Source of the DNA: an uncultured Phycisphaerales bacterium | GTDB taxonomy: Bacteria > Planctomycetota > Phycisphaerae > Tepidisphaerales > Tepidisphaeraceae | Assembly: GCA_963755915.1 (NCBI GenBank) | Contig: CAVWLP010000002.1 | Location: 3,744,001-3,808,000, forward strand | Reading direction: 5' to 3' | Length of the DNA stretch: 64,000 bases | Shown: in pieces, positions 22,187 through 33,302 of the stretch | Position numbering within the stretch: the stretch's first letter is position 1 | Layout of the letters: each line of letters opens with the position of its first letter | Program-made: the position numbers and the translations under genes | The notes under the pieces: model-generated | What the model was told of the DNA's origin: nothing | Database searches by the model: none | The model's input: only the letters and a program-made list of their open reading frames with translations

Positions 22187-23094
22187 ATGCAAAAACACTC
22201 CAGGGCCTTCACGTTGGTCGAGTTACTTGTCGTCATCGGCATCATTGCCGTCCTGATCGGCATTCTGCTGCCGGCGCTGCAGAAAGCGCGCGATCAGGCG
22301 AACACGACGGCGTGTCAATCCAACCTGCGCCAGATTTATGACATTTTCCTTCTTTACGCCGACGATTATCAGCAGTATGCCCTCCCCGCTGAAGAAACCT
22401 ATACGGGTGGGTCCGAATACTTTTGGTGGTGCCGACTCTCATCGGTAACGAGCTTGGGGCAAATACGAATCAGACTCAGAACGTAAACGATCAGAAGATT
22501 ATCAAGTACCTTCAGTGTCCTTCCGCCGATCACCAATATGACGTTGGCGGCCCGCTGGCGGTGAACAACTACTGGGGCGACTACACCTATAACCTCAACA
22601 TGGGAGGAATTACCGTCCCCGCTTCCGGCCCACCGACCTTCTCGCCCCCGCTGGAAAAGCTCAGCGAAATTCCCAGCAACGTAATTCTCGCATGCGACAT
22701 GATCAAAGAATACTCCGAAGCTACGGCTGGCCCTACCCAACAGTGGCGGGAATCGACGTTTGCCCAGATGAATTATCTTCTGGGCAATCACTGGGGCACG
22801 GGAACCAATGGAGTGGGACTTTGGAGTGGGACTGCTGAAGAGAACCCCTCCATCTGGATTCCCCATACCAAAGGCACCCAGTGCAATGTGCTGTGCATGG
22901 ATGGCCACATCGCGCTGGTCACGCTGAGCCAATTTTGCCAGCCCGGCGGCGGAAGCATCGTTACCACGACGGTTCCCTGGCTATATAAGCCTGGCGCGAG
23001 TGGGTCTTTCACCACGAAGGACTACCTGGTCGGATATTGGAAAAATAACGCCTGGTCGACGGCCTGGAACAAGTACGCGCCACCATTATTCTGA
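22187..23094 (+). CDS. Prepilin-type/DUF1559-like protein (frameshift near 22425)
   Basis: [33 protein letters not shown]; second frame has CPSA and [16 protein letters not shown]. Confidence 0.88.
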
Positions 23095-23104
23095 GCCGGT
23101 CGCG

Positions 23105-24372
23105 ATGTATAATCCCCCGGCCATCGCAGAGGAAATTCCCCAATCAGTCCATGCGCCTTCCTTCCGCTGGGTCATCTGCGCCCTCCTTTTCTTGGCCACC
23201 ACCATCAACTACATGGATCGCCAGATCCTCGGCATCCTCGCCCCCACACTCCAGAAAGACATCGGCTGGAACGAAGTACAGTACGGCCACATCGTCATGG
23301 CCTTCCAAACCGCCTACGGCATCGGCGTGCTGATCTTGAGCCGACTGATCGACCTCTGGGGCACCCGCATCGGCTACACCCTTTCGATCCTGGTCTGGAG
23401 CATTGCCGCCTGTCTCCATTCCGCGGCGCACTCGGTCGTTACCTTCGGATCTGCCCGGTTCCTTCTCGGCCTCGGCGAAGCCGGGAATTTTCCCTCCGCC
23501 GTCAAAGCAGTGGCCGAATGGTTTCCCCAAAACCAGCGGGCATTGGCGACCGGCATATTTAACAGCGGGTCCAATGCCGGCGCCGTTCTCGCCCCCGCCC
23601 TCGTCCCCATGCTCACCCTGGGTTTGGGTTGGAAAGCCGCCTTCATCGTTGTCGGCTCGGCCGGATTTCTTTGGGTCCTCGCCTGGCTTGCGATCTATCC
23701 CAAAATCCGCTTCTCGCCAGCCCTGCCGGCGATTCTTCATCTGTCGGCTCTTACAGTTGGCCTCTGTTATTTAAGCACCCTCAAACCTGGGCCAATGTTT
23801 TTCAATCCGCCTGCATCTCCCCGATCTGGTGGTTTTATCTCTACTGGCTGCCCAAATTCTTCTCCTCTGTCTATGGCCTCAGCCTCTCCAAGCTCGGGCC
23901 GCCGCTTATCATCGTCTATTCAATGTCTTTCGCCGGCAGCATCCTCGGCGGACTTCTTCCCGCACTCTTTCTTTCCACCGGCGCTTCCGTGAACTTCAGC
24001 CGGAAAATGTCATTCCTGATCTGCGCCGCCCTGACGGTCCCCGTCGCATTCGTGACGTGCATGCACAACGTCTGGCAGGCCACGTTCACCATCGGCCTTG
24101 CCGCCGCCTCCATGCAGGGATGGTCTGCAAACTCCTACACCATGGTCTCCGACCTCTTCCCCAAAAAAGCGGTCGCCTCGATCGTCGGAATCGGCACCGC
24201 CTCCGGCGCGGCAGCTTCGATCGCCTTCTCCGACCTGGCTGGAAACATTTTGCAGCACAGCGGAAGCTACGTCATATTGTTTATATTTGCCGGCGCTGCA
24301 TACCCGGCGGCGCTGCTGTTTATCCATCTCCTGGTCCCTCACTGGAGGATGGCTGAGCTGGAGGAGAATTGA
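23105..24372 (+). CDS. exuT: MFS hexuronate transporter, ExuT-like (frameshifted near 23720-23790)
   Basis: RWVICALLFLATTINYMDRQ, GEAGNFP, EWFP..RALATGIFNSG, PIWWFYLYWLPKF, SDLFPKKAVAS. Confidence 0.82.
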
Positions 24373-24374
24373 AG

Positions 24375-25760
24375 ATGATGCCACGACATTTTTGGGCGAT
24401 GCTTGTGTCTTGCGTCGCTTTCGGCGCAACCGCAGTTGCCGCCACAACCCAACCGTCCGTCTTCAACGTCTTTGTCGTCGCCGCGATCCCCGGTGGCAAA
24501 CCCCCCGCCAAGTCCGCGATCCAAAATGCCATTGACGCCTGCGCCGCTGTCGGTGGCGGCGAGGTGTTTGTTCGCAAAGGCACCTATCTCACCGGGCCAA
24601 TCCATCTCGCCAGCGGCGTAGACCTTCACGTCGATGCCGGCGCCGTCGTCCTCTTCAGCAATAACACCAGTGATTATCCCGTCCGCTCCACTCCCGCCGC
24701 TGACGGCTCTGCCGTTCGGGTGTCTCCACTTTCCGCCGACGGCGTCCACGACATCTCCATCACCGGAACCGGCACCTTCGACGGCCAGGGCGAAGCCTGG
24801 CGGCCTATCAAGCGGGAAAAAATGCCGACCGATCAATGGCGAAAACTCACCGCCGGCGGGGGAGTTTTCGATGCCGTCTCCCAGACCTGGTATCCCTCCG
24901 CCGACAAATCCATCAGCAAAGAACGTCCGGTCCTGGTTTACCTGGCCAACTGCCATGATGTTTTGCTCGACGGCCCCACTTTCCGCAATTCGCCGAACTG
25001 GGACCTGCATCCGTTTCAGTGCACCAACGTCACCATCCGTCACGTGACGCTCTTCAATCCTCCCTATGCGCAGAACGGCGACGGGATCGACATCGACTCC
25101 TGTTCGAACGTCGTCATGAGCGACAGCGTGATCAACGCGGGGGACGATGCCGTCTGCCTCAAGTCCGGCACCATTGCCGGCGGGCATAAGCAGCCGCCGG
25201 ACGAAAATATTACCATCACCCGCTGCACCATTGGGTCTGGTCACGGTGGCATTACCATCGGCAGCGAAATGTCCGGGGGGGTCCGCAACGTCACCATCTC
25301 CCACTGCCAGCTCACCGGCACCGACGCCGGCCTTCGCTTCAAAACCGAACGAGGCCGCGGCGGGGTCGTCGAAAACATCAACATCAGCGATATCGCGATG
25401 TCCGAAATCCAACATGGCGCGATCGAGTTCGACATGTTCTACGGACAGAAGCGCCCCTCCTCGACGCCAAAATCCGTCGGCGACGGGACGCCCCAATTCC
25501 GTAATTTCCAGATCAGCCGCATCTCCTGCGACGGCGCTCAAACCGCCCTGGTCATGCGCGGGCTTCCCGAAATGCCCCTCCGGGGAATTTCTCTGGACGA
25601 TGTGCAAATCCATGCCCAAAAAGCCGGGGAGATCGACCATGCCGACGATCTAACCCTTAAGGATATCCAGATCGTCGCCGAATCAGAAACCCCCGTTCTT
25701 TTCAAGGACGTTCACGACCTCAAGACCGATCACGTTCAAGGCCTGTCCGATTCACGTTGA
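24375..25760 (+). CDS. GH28 polygalacturonase with signal peptide
   Basis: QNGDGID, GDDAVCLKSG, GHGGITIGSEMSGG, RFKT.RGRGG. Confidence 0.92.
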   Translation: MMPRHFWAMLVSCVAFGATAVAATTQPSVFNVFVVAAIPGGKPPAKSAIQNAIDACAAVGGGEVFVRKGTYLTGPIHLASGVDLHVDAGAVVLFSNNTSDYPVRSTPAADGSAVRVSPLSADGVHDISITGTGTFDGQGEAWRPIKREKMPTDQWRKLTAGGGVFDAVSQTWYPSADKSISKERPVLVYLANCHDVLLDGPTFRNSPNWDLHPFQCTNVTIRHVTLFNPPYAQNGDGIDIDSCSNVVMSDSVINAGDDAVCLKSGTIAGGHKQPPDENITITRCTIGSGHGGITIGSEMSGGVRNVTISHCQLTGTDAGLRFKTERGRGGVVENINISDIAMSEIQHGAIEFDMFYGQKRPSSTPKSVGDGTPQFRNFQISRISCDGAQTALVMRGLPEMPLRGISLDDVQIHAQKAGEIDHADDLTLKDIQIVAESETPVLFKDVHDLKTDHVQGLSDSR

Positions 25761-25791
25761 TCGACCGGTCCATCCATTTTGGAGCAGCTTC

Positions 25792-26824
25792 ATGCGATTT
25801 CGAGTGATGTGCGTTTCCGTCCTTCTCTTCGCCGCCCTCTCCCGTGCCGACGACAAAACCTTCGTCGTCGCCGCCGACGGGTCCGGCGACTATAAAACCG
25901 TGCAGGACGCCATCGCCGCCGTTCCCGAAAAATCCGACACGCGTACCATCCTCCACCTCAAGCCCGGCACCTATGACGGGCCCTTCATCATTCCCCAGAA
26001 TAAGCCGAACATCACCATCCAGGGCGACGACCCGGCGACGACGATCCTGAGCTGGGACCGCAACGTGCGCAACCCGATCCCCACCGGCAACGACGGATTC
26101 AACCCCGGCCTACAGGTTCGCGGCGACGATTTCCAGGCCATACGCGTCACCATCCAAAACATCTCCGGCGACCATGGCCAGGCCCTCGCCCTGCGCGCCG
26201 ACGGCGACCGCGCAATCTTCCTCGATTGCCACATCACCGGCTGGCAGGACACCGTCATGGTCAATAACGGCCGCGACTATTTCCAGGACTGCACTATCGC
26301 CGGCCGCGTCGATTTCATTTACGGCTCCGCCACCGCCTGGTTCCAGGATTGCGAAATCCACAGTCGCAACGGGGGTCACGTCACCGCCGCCAGCACGCCG
26401 CAGGACCATCCATATGGATTCGTCTTCAAGAATTGCAAACTCACCGGAGATTCGATCGCCTACGACCCCGCGACCACCAACCCTTCTTCGACCGTGAAGC
26501 CCAAGGTAACCCCCCTCGCCGACCTCGGCCGCCCCTGGCGACCCTACGCCTCCGTCACTTATCTCGATTGCGAATTGGGCGCCCACATCAAGCCGGCGGG
26601 ATGGAACAACTGGGGCAAAAAGAGCAATCAACAAACCGCGCGCTACTCCGAATACCAAAGCACCGGCCCGGCACGGCGCCCGATCAGCGCCCTCCTGGTC
26701 GCATCAATTAACCGACGACCAGGCAAAGCAGATTACGATTCAGGCGGTCCTTGCCGGTGATGACAATTGGGATCCAGAATCAGTTGCACAATCGCTCACG
26801 GCGGCCGCCACGACTCAAAAATAG
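25792..26824 (+). CDS. Pectin methylesterase CE8 (frameshift near C-terminus)
   Basis: VAADGSGDYKTVQDAI, GQALAL, GWQDT, GRVDFIYG, LGRPWRPY, GWNNW; true end HQLTDDQA...NWDP...QK* at 26824 in another frame. Confidence 0.9.
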
Positions 26825-26915
26825 AGCGTTATTAAAAACGTCTTTGAGAATCGAGGCCCATAAAGGCTTCACGCAGCAACCGACCTCCGAACGTCGCGAA
26901 CACAACGCGATTGTT

Positions 26916-28360
26916 CTATTGCACAAGTATGTATTGCTGCTGCGGAAGCTTTGTTGTGTCTATCGACACTTCCGAAAAGAGGTAGGCAAGGACCGTAAAG
27001 GCCGATCGATTGCTTCTCAGGATCGAGGCGCCCGACTCTCCTATCTCACTAGAGTCGGCCTCTATTGTTGCCGTTTCCCGCACGTCGGAAGGTCCAGGCC
27101 GGTTTGGATCGTCGGCAATAGCGTACCAATTTCCTTCATATCTGAGTTTTGCAGTTACGTTGAGTCCGGCGAGAACCTCCGAACTCGCATAGGAAATTTG
27201 CAGAATGGGTCGATACCAAGCCGAATCCGAATTCTGAAAATTGTCGTGGAATTGGACCTCGAATGTCCCCTCTCTCGATTGATACTTGATCCGATCCGGA
27301 TTCGTATTTTTGGCACCGCAAGGGCTTCAAAATAACCCTCCTCCTGGGAACAGCAGTAAAGCACAGCCTCGAAAGACCGGAAAACGAACTGGGGTTTGGC
27401 TTCACCGTACCATAGCCACTCGAAAAGCGGATCTGGTTTCCCATCTCGCGGATTGTTGGGCTCCAAACTAATGTTCGTTTTGTCGGCCGCCTTACCTACA
27501 GAATACTGATCGTTTCCGTTATCGCCTTTTTCGTCCGTTACTTTCAGCCCTGCACTTGCCGCATAAACCAGATCGTGGAGCGATGCGCTGTTGCCGCTGA
27601 ATATGACGCTTCCGTTGTTGTCCGTCGATTGCTGTGAATTTGACGGAGTCGTCTTATCGCTTTTTACGCGACCGTCTTCCCAGTAGCACAATGGAACGCT
27701 CTCCGAGGCTTCGTGATTGTTGCTCCCGGTTTGCCCCTTCTTATCTTTATTTGACAAAGTGGCTGGTGTTGCAACCAGCCAGTGGTATTTCTGTACTCGC
27801 CTCATGTCCAGACAAAAGTTAAGAAAGTCGGCGTAGCTGTGATCGTACGGAGAATTCCTAAGAATACATACTTTTCCCTCCTTGTTCTTAACGCGGACCT
27901 CATTGATCATGATTCGGAGGAGCTGATCTGCCGGATATCCCTGCTCATAGAGCTCGTTGAAGAGTTTTTGATCGATTGGAGCAGCGATTGCCTGTGCGTA
28001 GATCGTGCCGTTCAACGGCACAAACGTAAATACGGGCTGCTGCTGAAAACCAGCGTTGAGAGATCCGCCCAGGGTCAGCGAATGCATTGGGGAGCTTGTC
28101 ACATTTCGCCCGGCCATCGTTGAAAACATTGTTGACCCGGAGAACTGATATTGGGAGCTGATTTGCGAAAGCTGGATGAAATATACCGGCTCCTGCTGGT
28201 GCTCCCTTGCAAGGTTCAGAAGTAGCTGCTGGTTCATCGAATCGCCGTATACATTCGAATAGTCATCAAAATCGACCTGAAGTGCTGATCCACCGCAACC
28301 ATATAGGCTGAAGGACAAGCCGACGAGAATCAAGGTAATTCGGGCATGTCGCGCGTTCAT
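26916..28360 (-). CDS. Hypothetical lipoprotein, lower GC than its flanks (frameshifted near 27190-27330)
   Basis: Lipobox SLYGC; LLLNLAR...PVYF, PVFTFVPL; C-terminal frame ...LRYEGNWYAIAD...AFTVLAYLFSEVSIDTTKLPQQQYILVQ*. Confidence 0.65.
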
Positions 28361-28561
28361 AGGAGATAACTTTCTTGTTGGGCAAGCGATTAGCCGCGAG
28401 GCGCGGACTTCCCACCCTCGCCCTTAACACGGCACAAACAAATAAAAAATACCCGCGCGATATGTACGCCCGCACGCGCGAAAATGCATTATGACAACAT
28501 TTGTAGCGAATAAGCAAAACTGCTTAAAATACTCAACAGGCGAGTTCCAACCCCATTACCC

Positions 28562-29644
28562 TCACGAAATGTATTTCCTCTCCCGAAAATAACTTATCGC
28601 CTCTTCCGTCCGTCGGAAAACCTTCGTCGCCGTCTCGGTAATAAACGGCGACGGCATCGCATTACACGCCCAGATCACGTAGACCTCCTTGCCTCCCTCG
28701 AACGCGTGGTGCAGCTCGCGTTCCACGCCGCTGGATAACCCCGGCTTGCCGTTGGGCAGCTCCGGCACCAGGCTCACGATCATGTCGCTCTGGTCGATCG
28801 TCTTGAAATCTCGCGCGTAAATCTGCCCCAGGATGTCGCCCCCGATCTGCGCCACGTCCGCCGTCTGAAGCACCATCAGCCCCTGCCCGCCGTCCACTTC
28901 GATAACCTTCCGTCCCTCTTCCATCGCCTTCACCGCCATCGCGTGCAGTCGGAACTCATCGACCTCCCCGGGATCGAAGCAGACAAAATGGTCGCCGATG
29001 GTGGCCTTAAACGCCTCAATCTCCGCCAGCGTTTTAGGCAGGTCCATCACGTGGCTCATCGGAAAGCTCAGGTAGACCTTCTTCTTCCTCGGCTCAAAAA
29101 GAAGTCCATAAATCGTCTGCGTCGTCATCTCGTGCCGCCCGCGCGAAACCATATAGAAATGCCCATATCCCCGGATGACGTTGGCGATGATCTCCGTCGC
29201 CAGCAGCTCTTCCTCGCGCCAGACCATGATGTCCTTCAGCGTGTGATCCAGCTCGTGATCGCGCAACAGCCTCTGGTGAACCGACTCGGCATTGTCGAGA
29301 AGCGTCACGTAAAAGTCGGCGGAAAACGCCCCGATCTGATCGAAATCAAACGCCGAGAAGAGTCCGTGCCGCCAGCGGAACGTCGCGTGGGTATTCACCA
29401 GGACATGCTCGTGCCGCTGCGCGATATTTTGAATTTCCTTGAAGACCGAGCGCCGCAGCGCATTCAGGCGGGTGATTGGCAGATTGAGGATTCTCCCCGC
29501 GGGAACGTCCGGCGCCTCGGCGTACATCATCTGCCCCACGTGGCAGACTTCCACGTCGTGCCCCTTGCGCAGGGCCTCGGCTTTCAGCGCCTCCAGGTAC
29601 GGCCCCTTGTCGACGCCCACTTGTCCGGTGAAAAGCGCTCTCAC
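28562..29644 (-). CDS. P-loop nucleotide-kinase-like domain fused to a nucleoside 2-deoxyribosyltransferase/N-glycosidase-like domain
   Basis: N-terminal FTGQVGVDK, VNTHA, WREEE resemble archaeal-type adenylate kinase; C-terminal VYLSFPM...RDFKTIDQSD...SSGVERELHHAFEGGKEVY is NDT-like. Confidence 0.65.
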   Translation of the reverse strand: MRALFTGQVGVDKGPYLEALKAEALRKGHDVEVCHVGQMMYAEAPDVPAGRILNLPITRLNALRRSVFKEIQNIAQRHEHVLVNTHATFRWRHGLFSAFDFDQIGAFSADFYVTLLDNAESVHQRLLRDHELDHTLKDIMVWREEELLATEIIANVIRGYGHFYMVSRGRHEMTTQTIYGLLFEPRKKKVYLSFPMSHVMDLPKTLAEIEAFKATIGDHFVCFDPGEVDEFRLHAMAVKAMEEGRKVIEVDGGQGLMVLQTADVAQIGGDILGQIYARDFKTIDQSDMIVSLVPELPNGKPGLSSGVERELHHAFEGGKEVYVIWACNAMPSPFITETATKVFRRTEEAISYFRERKYIS

Positions 29645-29918
29645 AAAGAGGGATCGTATCGTCGCGTACCGCGCAAATTCAAGCACTGGCCGCTATCGGC
29701 CGCGGTCAATGATCGTGATGCCATCCCCAGTGGCGATGGCCACCCGCATCAACCACGCACCCCGTCATGGTCAGGGGCGCGGAGAAAATCGCCGCTGCAA
29801 TCAGTGCAATGATAATTCTTCTTACGAACTTCATATACCGTACTCTAGCGTGCCTCCCGTCCAATCCGCAGCGCCGAAAATGGCCCGCTCAACCACCTTC
29901 CGATAACATCGCCCGCCC

Positions 29919-31685
29919 ATGCTTCAGAGCTTAGAACTAACCAACATCCGTCTGCTGCCGGGCCCCCTGGAAAATAGGCAAAATCTCTGCGGCGAATACC
30001 TGCTTTCCCTTGATCCATCGCGGCTCCTCCACAATTTTCGAATAAACGCCGGGCTACCATCTTCAGCGCGGCCGCTCGGAGGCTGGGAGTCGCCGCAGTG
30101 CGGCCTGCGCGGCCATTTCACCGGCCACTATCTTTCCGCCTGCTCCAAAATGTTCGCCTCCACCGGCGACCAGAAATTCGCCGACCGCGCCAAATCAATC
30201 ATCCAGGCACTTGCTGAGTGCCAGCAGGCCCTCGGTGCGGGATACCTCTCTGCTTTTCCCATCTCCCAGTTCGACGCCCTCGAGCGCGACTGCGGAAAAA
30301 CCTCCCCAATCTGGGCGCCCTACTACACACTCCACAAAATCCTCGCCGGCCTGATCGACGCTCACATTTACGTCCATGACTCCCAATCCCTTTCCGTCGC
30401 AATCCAACTGGCAGATTGGATCGCAGCCCGCCTGAAGTCCCTCTCACCCGAAACTCTCGAAGCGATGCTCCGCACCGATTCGATCAATCCCAGCAACGAA
30501 TTTGGCGGAATTGGCGAAACCCTCTACGAGCTGCATCAACTCACCGGCAGCGCGTCATATCTGGAATCGGCAAAACTCTTCGACCGATCGTGGTTTTTCT
30601 CCCCCCTCATCGATGGCCGCGATGCCTTGGCCGGCCTGCACGCCAACACCCACATTCCCCAAATTCTCGCCGCCGCGCGCCGATTCCAGATCACCGGCGA
30701 AGAAACCTATCGACTCGCCGCCGAATATTTCTGGGAGCGCACCGCCCTGGCCCGCTCCTACGCCAACGGCGGCAGCTCGGGCCCCCGGCCCGACCGCCGC
30801 GAACGCAGTGAAGGGGGCGAACACTGGCCAATCGCTCTTCAGCTCCACGGAACCCTCACCCCCAAAATCAACGAGAGCTGCGTCGCCAACAACATGCTCC
30901 GGCTCACGGATGCCGTCTTCACCTGGAATCAGGACCCCAAATACGCCGATTTCCGCGAGCGCGCCTTCCTCAATTCCGTCCTCGCCATGCAGCATCCCCG
31001 CTCGATGGGAAGCTTTATCTACAGCCATCCCCTCTCCTCCGGCAGCCGCAAAATTTATGGCGACCCCGACGAAACATTCTGGTGCTGTTACGGCACCACT
31101 GTCGAAGCATACGCCTCACTCGCCGCCGGCGCTTATTTCTGCAACCAGGGCGAATTCTGGGTGAGCCAATTTATCGCGTCCGAAGCATCCTGGCCCCAGC
31201 GATCCGTGAAGATCGTTCAGCAGACCGATTTTCCACAAACGCCCGCCACCAAATTAATCATCCGCACGCAAACCGAAACTGATTTCACGCTCCACATCCG
31301 CATCCCCGCCTGGGCGACCTCCGCCTCCTGGCGACTAAACGCCGGCGAGTCACAGCATGCCTCCCCCGGCTTCCTCAAAATCCACCGCCCATGGCGCGAC
31401 GGCGACACCGTTGAGCTGGATTTCCCCATGTCGCTGCGCACAGAGCCTCTCCCCGGCGACAATTCCCTTATCGCCTTTTTCTACGGCCCCGTGCTCCTGG
31501 CCGCGCGCACCCACCACGCGCTGGATCTCGGCGTATCAGCCGACAAAGCGATCACCGCCGTAAGAAAAACCGACCCCCACAAACTGCGCTTCGCCGCCCG
31601 CCTCGGCTTCGGCGGCGAGGTTCCTCTCGTTCCGGTTTACGAAATCACCGACGAACCCTTCGGCGTCTATTTCAAGACCTCGTAA
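29919..31685 (+). CDS. GH127/GH146-like beta-L-arabinofuranosidase family protein
   Basis: GGWE...LRGHFTGHYLSA, WAPYYTLHKI, EFGG, HANTHIP, ESC..NNML, FWCCYGT, RIPAW; no signal peptide. Confidence 0.9.
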   Translation: MLQSLELTNIRLLPGPLENRQNLCGEYLLSLDPSRLLHNFRINAGLPSSARPLGGWESPQCGLRGHFTGHYLSACSKMFASTGDQKFADRAKSIIQALAECQQALGAGYLSAFPISQFDALERDCGKTSPIWAPYYTLHKILAGLIDAHIYVHDSQSLSVAIQLADWIAARLKSLSPETLEAMLRTDSINPSNEFGGIGETLYELHQLTGSASYLESAKLFDRSWFFSPLIDGRDALAGLHANTHIPQILAAARRFQITGEETYRLAAEYFWERTALARSYANGGSSGPRPDRRERSEGGEHWPIALQLHGTLTPKINESCVANNMLRLTDAVFTWNQDPKYADFRERAFLNSVLAMQHPRSMGSFIYSHPLSSGSRKIYGDPDETFWCCYGTTVEAYASLAAGAYFCNQGEFWVSQFIASEASWPQRSVKIVQQTDFPQTPATKLIIRTQTETDFTLHIRIPAWATSASWRLNAGESQHASPGFLKIHRPWRDGDTVELDFPMSLRTEPLPGDNSLIAFFYGPVLLAARTHHALDLGVSADKAITAVRKTDPHKLRFAARLGFGGEVPLVPVYEITDEPFGVYFKTS

Positions 31686-31704
31686 GTGTCGCCCAAACGC
31701 GCGC

Positions 31705-32100
31705 CTAATGCCCGCGAATCAGCGCCGCCTCCGCCGTCTCTTCTTCGAGCACCGAAATCCGGTTCATATGCGCGCTCGGCGCGACCGGGTCCGGGTTCGT
31801 CGTCCCCGCACCAACCGGCATCGCCGGCCGATACGCGATTCGCGTGTTGTGCTCGATATCGATAAACAGTTTTAATACCTCGGCCGCTCCCAGCATCAGC
31901 GCGCACCAGAAAACCGAGCCCCCCAGCGCCGCGGCCGCCAGGATCACTCTGTCCACGGAATCGAACGGCGCCCGCAGCAGCATCCAGAACACCGCCACGA
32001 TCCCCCCAAGCACCGAAAGCCCTCCCAGCACCAGATAAATAATCGCGATCGCCCGCAACACCGGATATCGGCCGCCGCTGCTGAAATGCACACGCTGCAT
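31705..32100 (-). CDS. Small hypothetical membrane protein
   Basis: Two hydrophobic segments followed by AEVLKLFIDIEHNTR. Confidence 0.7.
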   Translation of the reverse strand: MQRVHFSSGGRYPVLRAIAIIYLVLGGLSVLGGIVAVFWMLLRAPFDSVDRVILAAAALGGSVFWCALMLGAAEVLKLFIDIEHNTRIAYRPAMPVGAGTTNPDPVAPSAHMNRISVLEEETAEAALIRGH

Positions 32101-32271
32101 AAAACCTCCGCGGTATGAGCTCATTCCCCCGAAGCCCCCAACCATCGGAATTTTACCGCGCGCATAAACCAGCGCGAACGTTTTTTCGCATAATTTTGAG
32201 CGTCATCGGCCCCGGTAGTCGTGCCGGAACGCTCATGGCGCAGTGAGTTCGCTGGTATAATCGCCGCGCAA

Positions 32272-33000
32272 ATGGGCGAAATCGACTATTCCACCTCCCA
32301 CCGCCTCACCAACTGCCCGCGCTGCGACTATTCCCTCCTCGGTCTTCCCGACTCCGGCGTCTGCCCCGAATGCGGCCAGCCCTACGGCACCCACGAAATC
32401 TACCTCTACGGCAACGCCACGGGCACAAAAATAAGCTTCTGGAATGCCTACATGCCGGGCCTCCTGGCTCCCATATCGACTCTCCTGGCCGTAACTGTAT
32501 GCGGCTATATATTCTTCTGGCCCGGCCGATACACATATCCCGACCCGTTATTCTTCTTGTGTTTAGTCCTCCTCGCCGCGGGCAGCGTCGTATCCATCTG
32601 GCGTCGATTCACCGATCAAGGCTCCGGCGTCGTCCAGGTCCGCCTCTCCCCAATTGGCGTCCGCCAGGGCACGCGCGGCCTCGGCCCCAAACCTTACGAA
32701 GCCAACATGGACGGCAAGCTCATCCCCTGGACCCAAATCGAAGAAGCCGAACTCGCCTGGCGCGACGGCAAGGCCCTCATCCGCCTATCGACCGAAAAAT
32801 CTTTCTTCCGCCTCTACAAGGAATATGTCCACGCCACTTTCCCCAGTGATCGCGACCGTTTTTACGACGTGAAAAATTATCTCCGCTACTGGCTTACCCA
32901 AAACAACTCTTTCAGCGCCATCGATTTCCTCGAACACCGCCGCCGCCCTATTCATCGAAAGCTGCGCCGGCTCGGCTCGCTTCTGCGCAGGCAATCCTGA
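32272..33000 (+). CDS. Hypothetical membrane protein with N-terminal zinc ribbon
   Basis: CPRCDYSLLGL...CPECG then two predicted TM segments. Confidence 0.7.
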   Translation: MGEIDYSTSHRLTNCPRCDYSLLGLPDSGVCPECGQPYGTHEIYLYGNATGTKISFWNAYMPGLLAPISTLLAVTVCGYIFFWPGRYTYPDPLFFLCLVLLAAGSVVSIWRRFTDQGSGVVQVRLSPIGVRQGTRGLGPKPYEANMDGKLIPWTQIEEAELAWRDGKALIRLSTEKSFFRLYKEYVHATFPSDRDRFYDVKNYLRYWLTQNNSFSAIDFLEHRRRPIHRKLRRLGSLLRRQS

Positions 33001-33302
33001 AGAAATTCCCGAAAATCTTTTTGCGAAAGATCGCATTTTTCGGTTGCGTCTTACGCCCACCAAACTAAATTCGCTTCCAGGAGAAATGCCGTATTTTCTC
33101 CGCTGGTTCCGGGCAAAATTTAGAGGATTTTGGCTAAAAACGCCCCGTAATCCGCAGGATCATTCCGATCCGGCTGATCCTCACAACCGGCACACTGTAT
33201 CGCCGGACTGAGAAATTTTCTTTTTAGGCAAACAACCAGTTCACCCCTGGCTCACCAGCCGCCGGGTCACCACCGATACCCCCTTAGGAGGAGACTATCG
33301 CC

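Noticed and set aside
26751-27335. Plus-strand 194-aa ORF
   Set aside because: Antisense to the frameshifted C-terminus of the lipoprotein; no recognisable motif
33200-33300. GGCAAAC in the PA14 gene leader as a c-di-GMP-I riboswitch
   Set aside because: The GNRA tetraloop stem and downstream GCAAA/P2 elements are not recognisable
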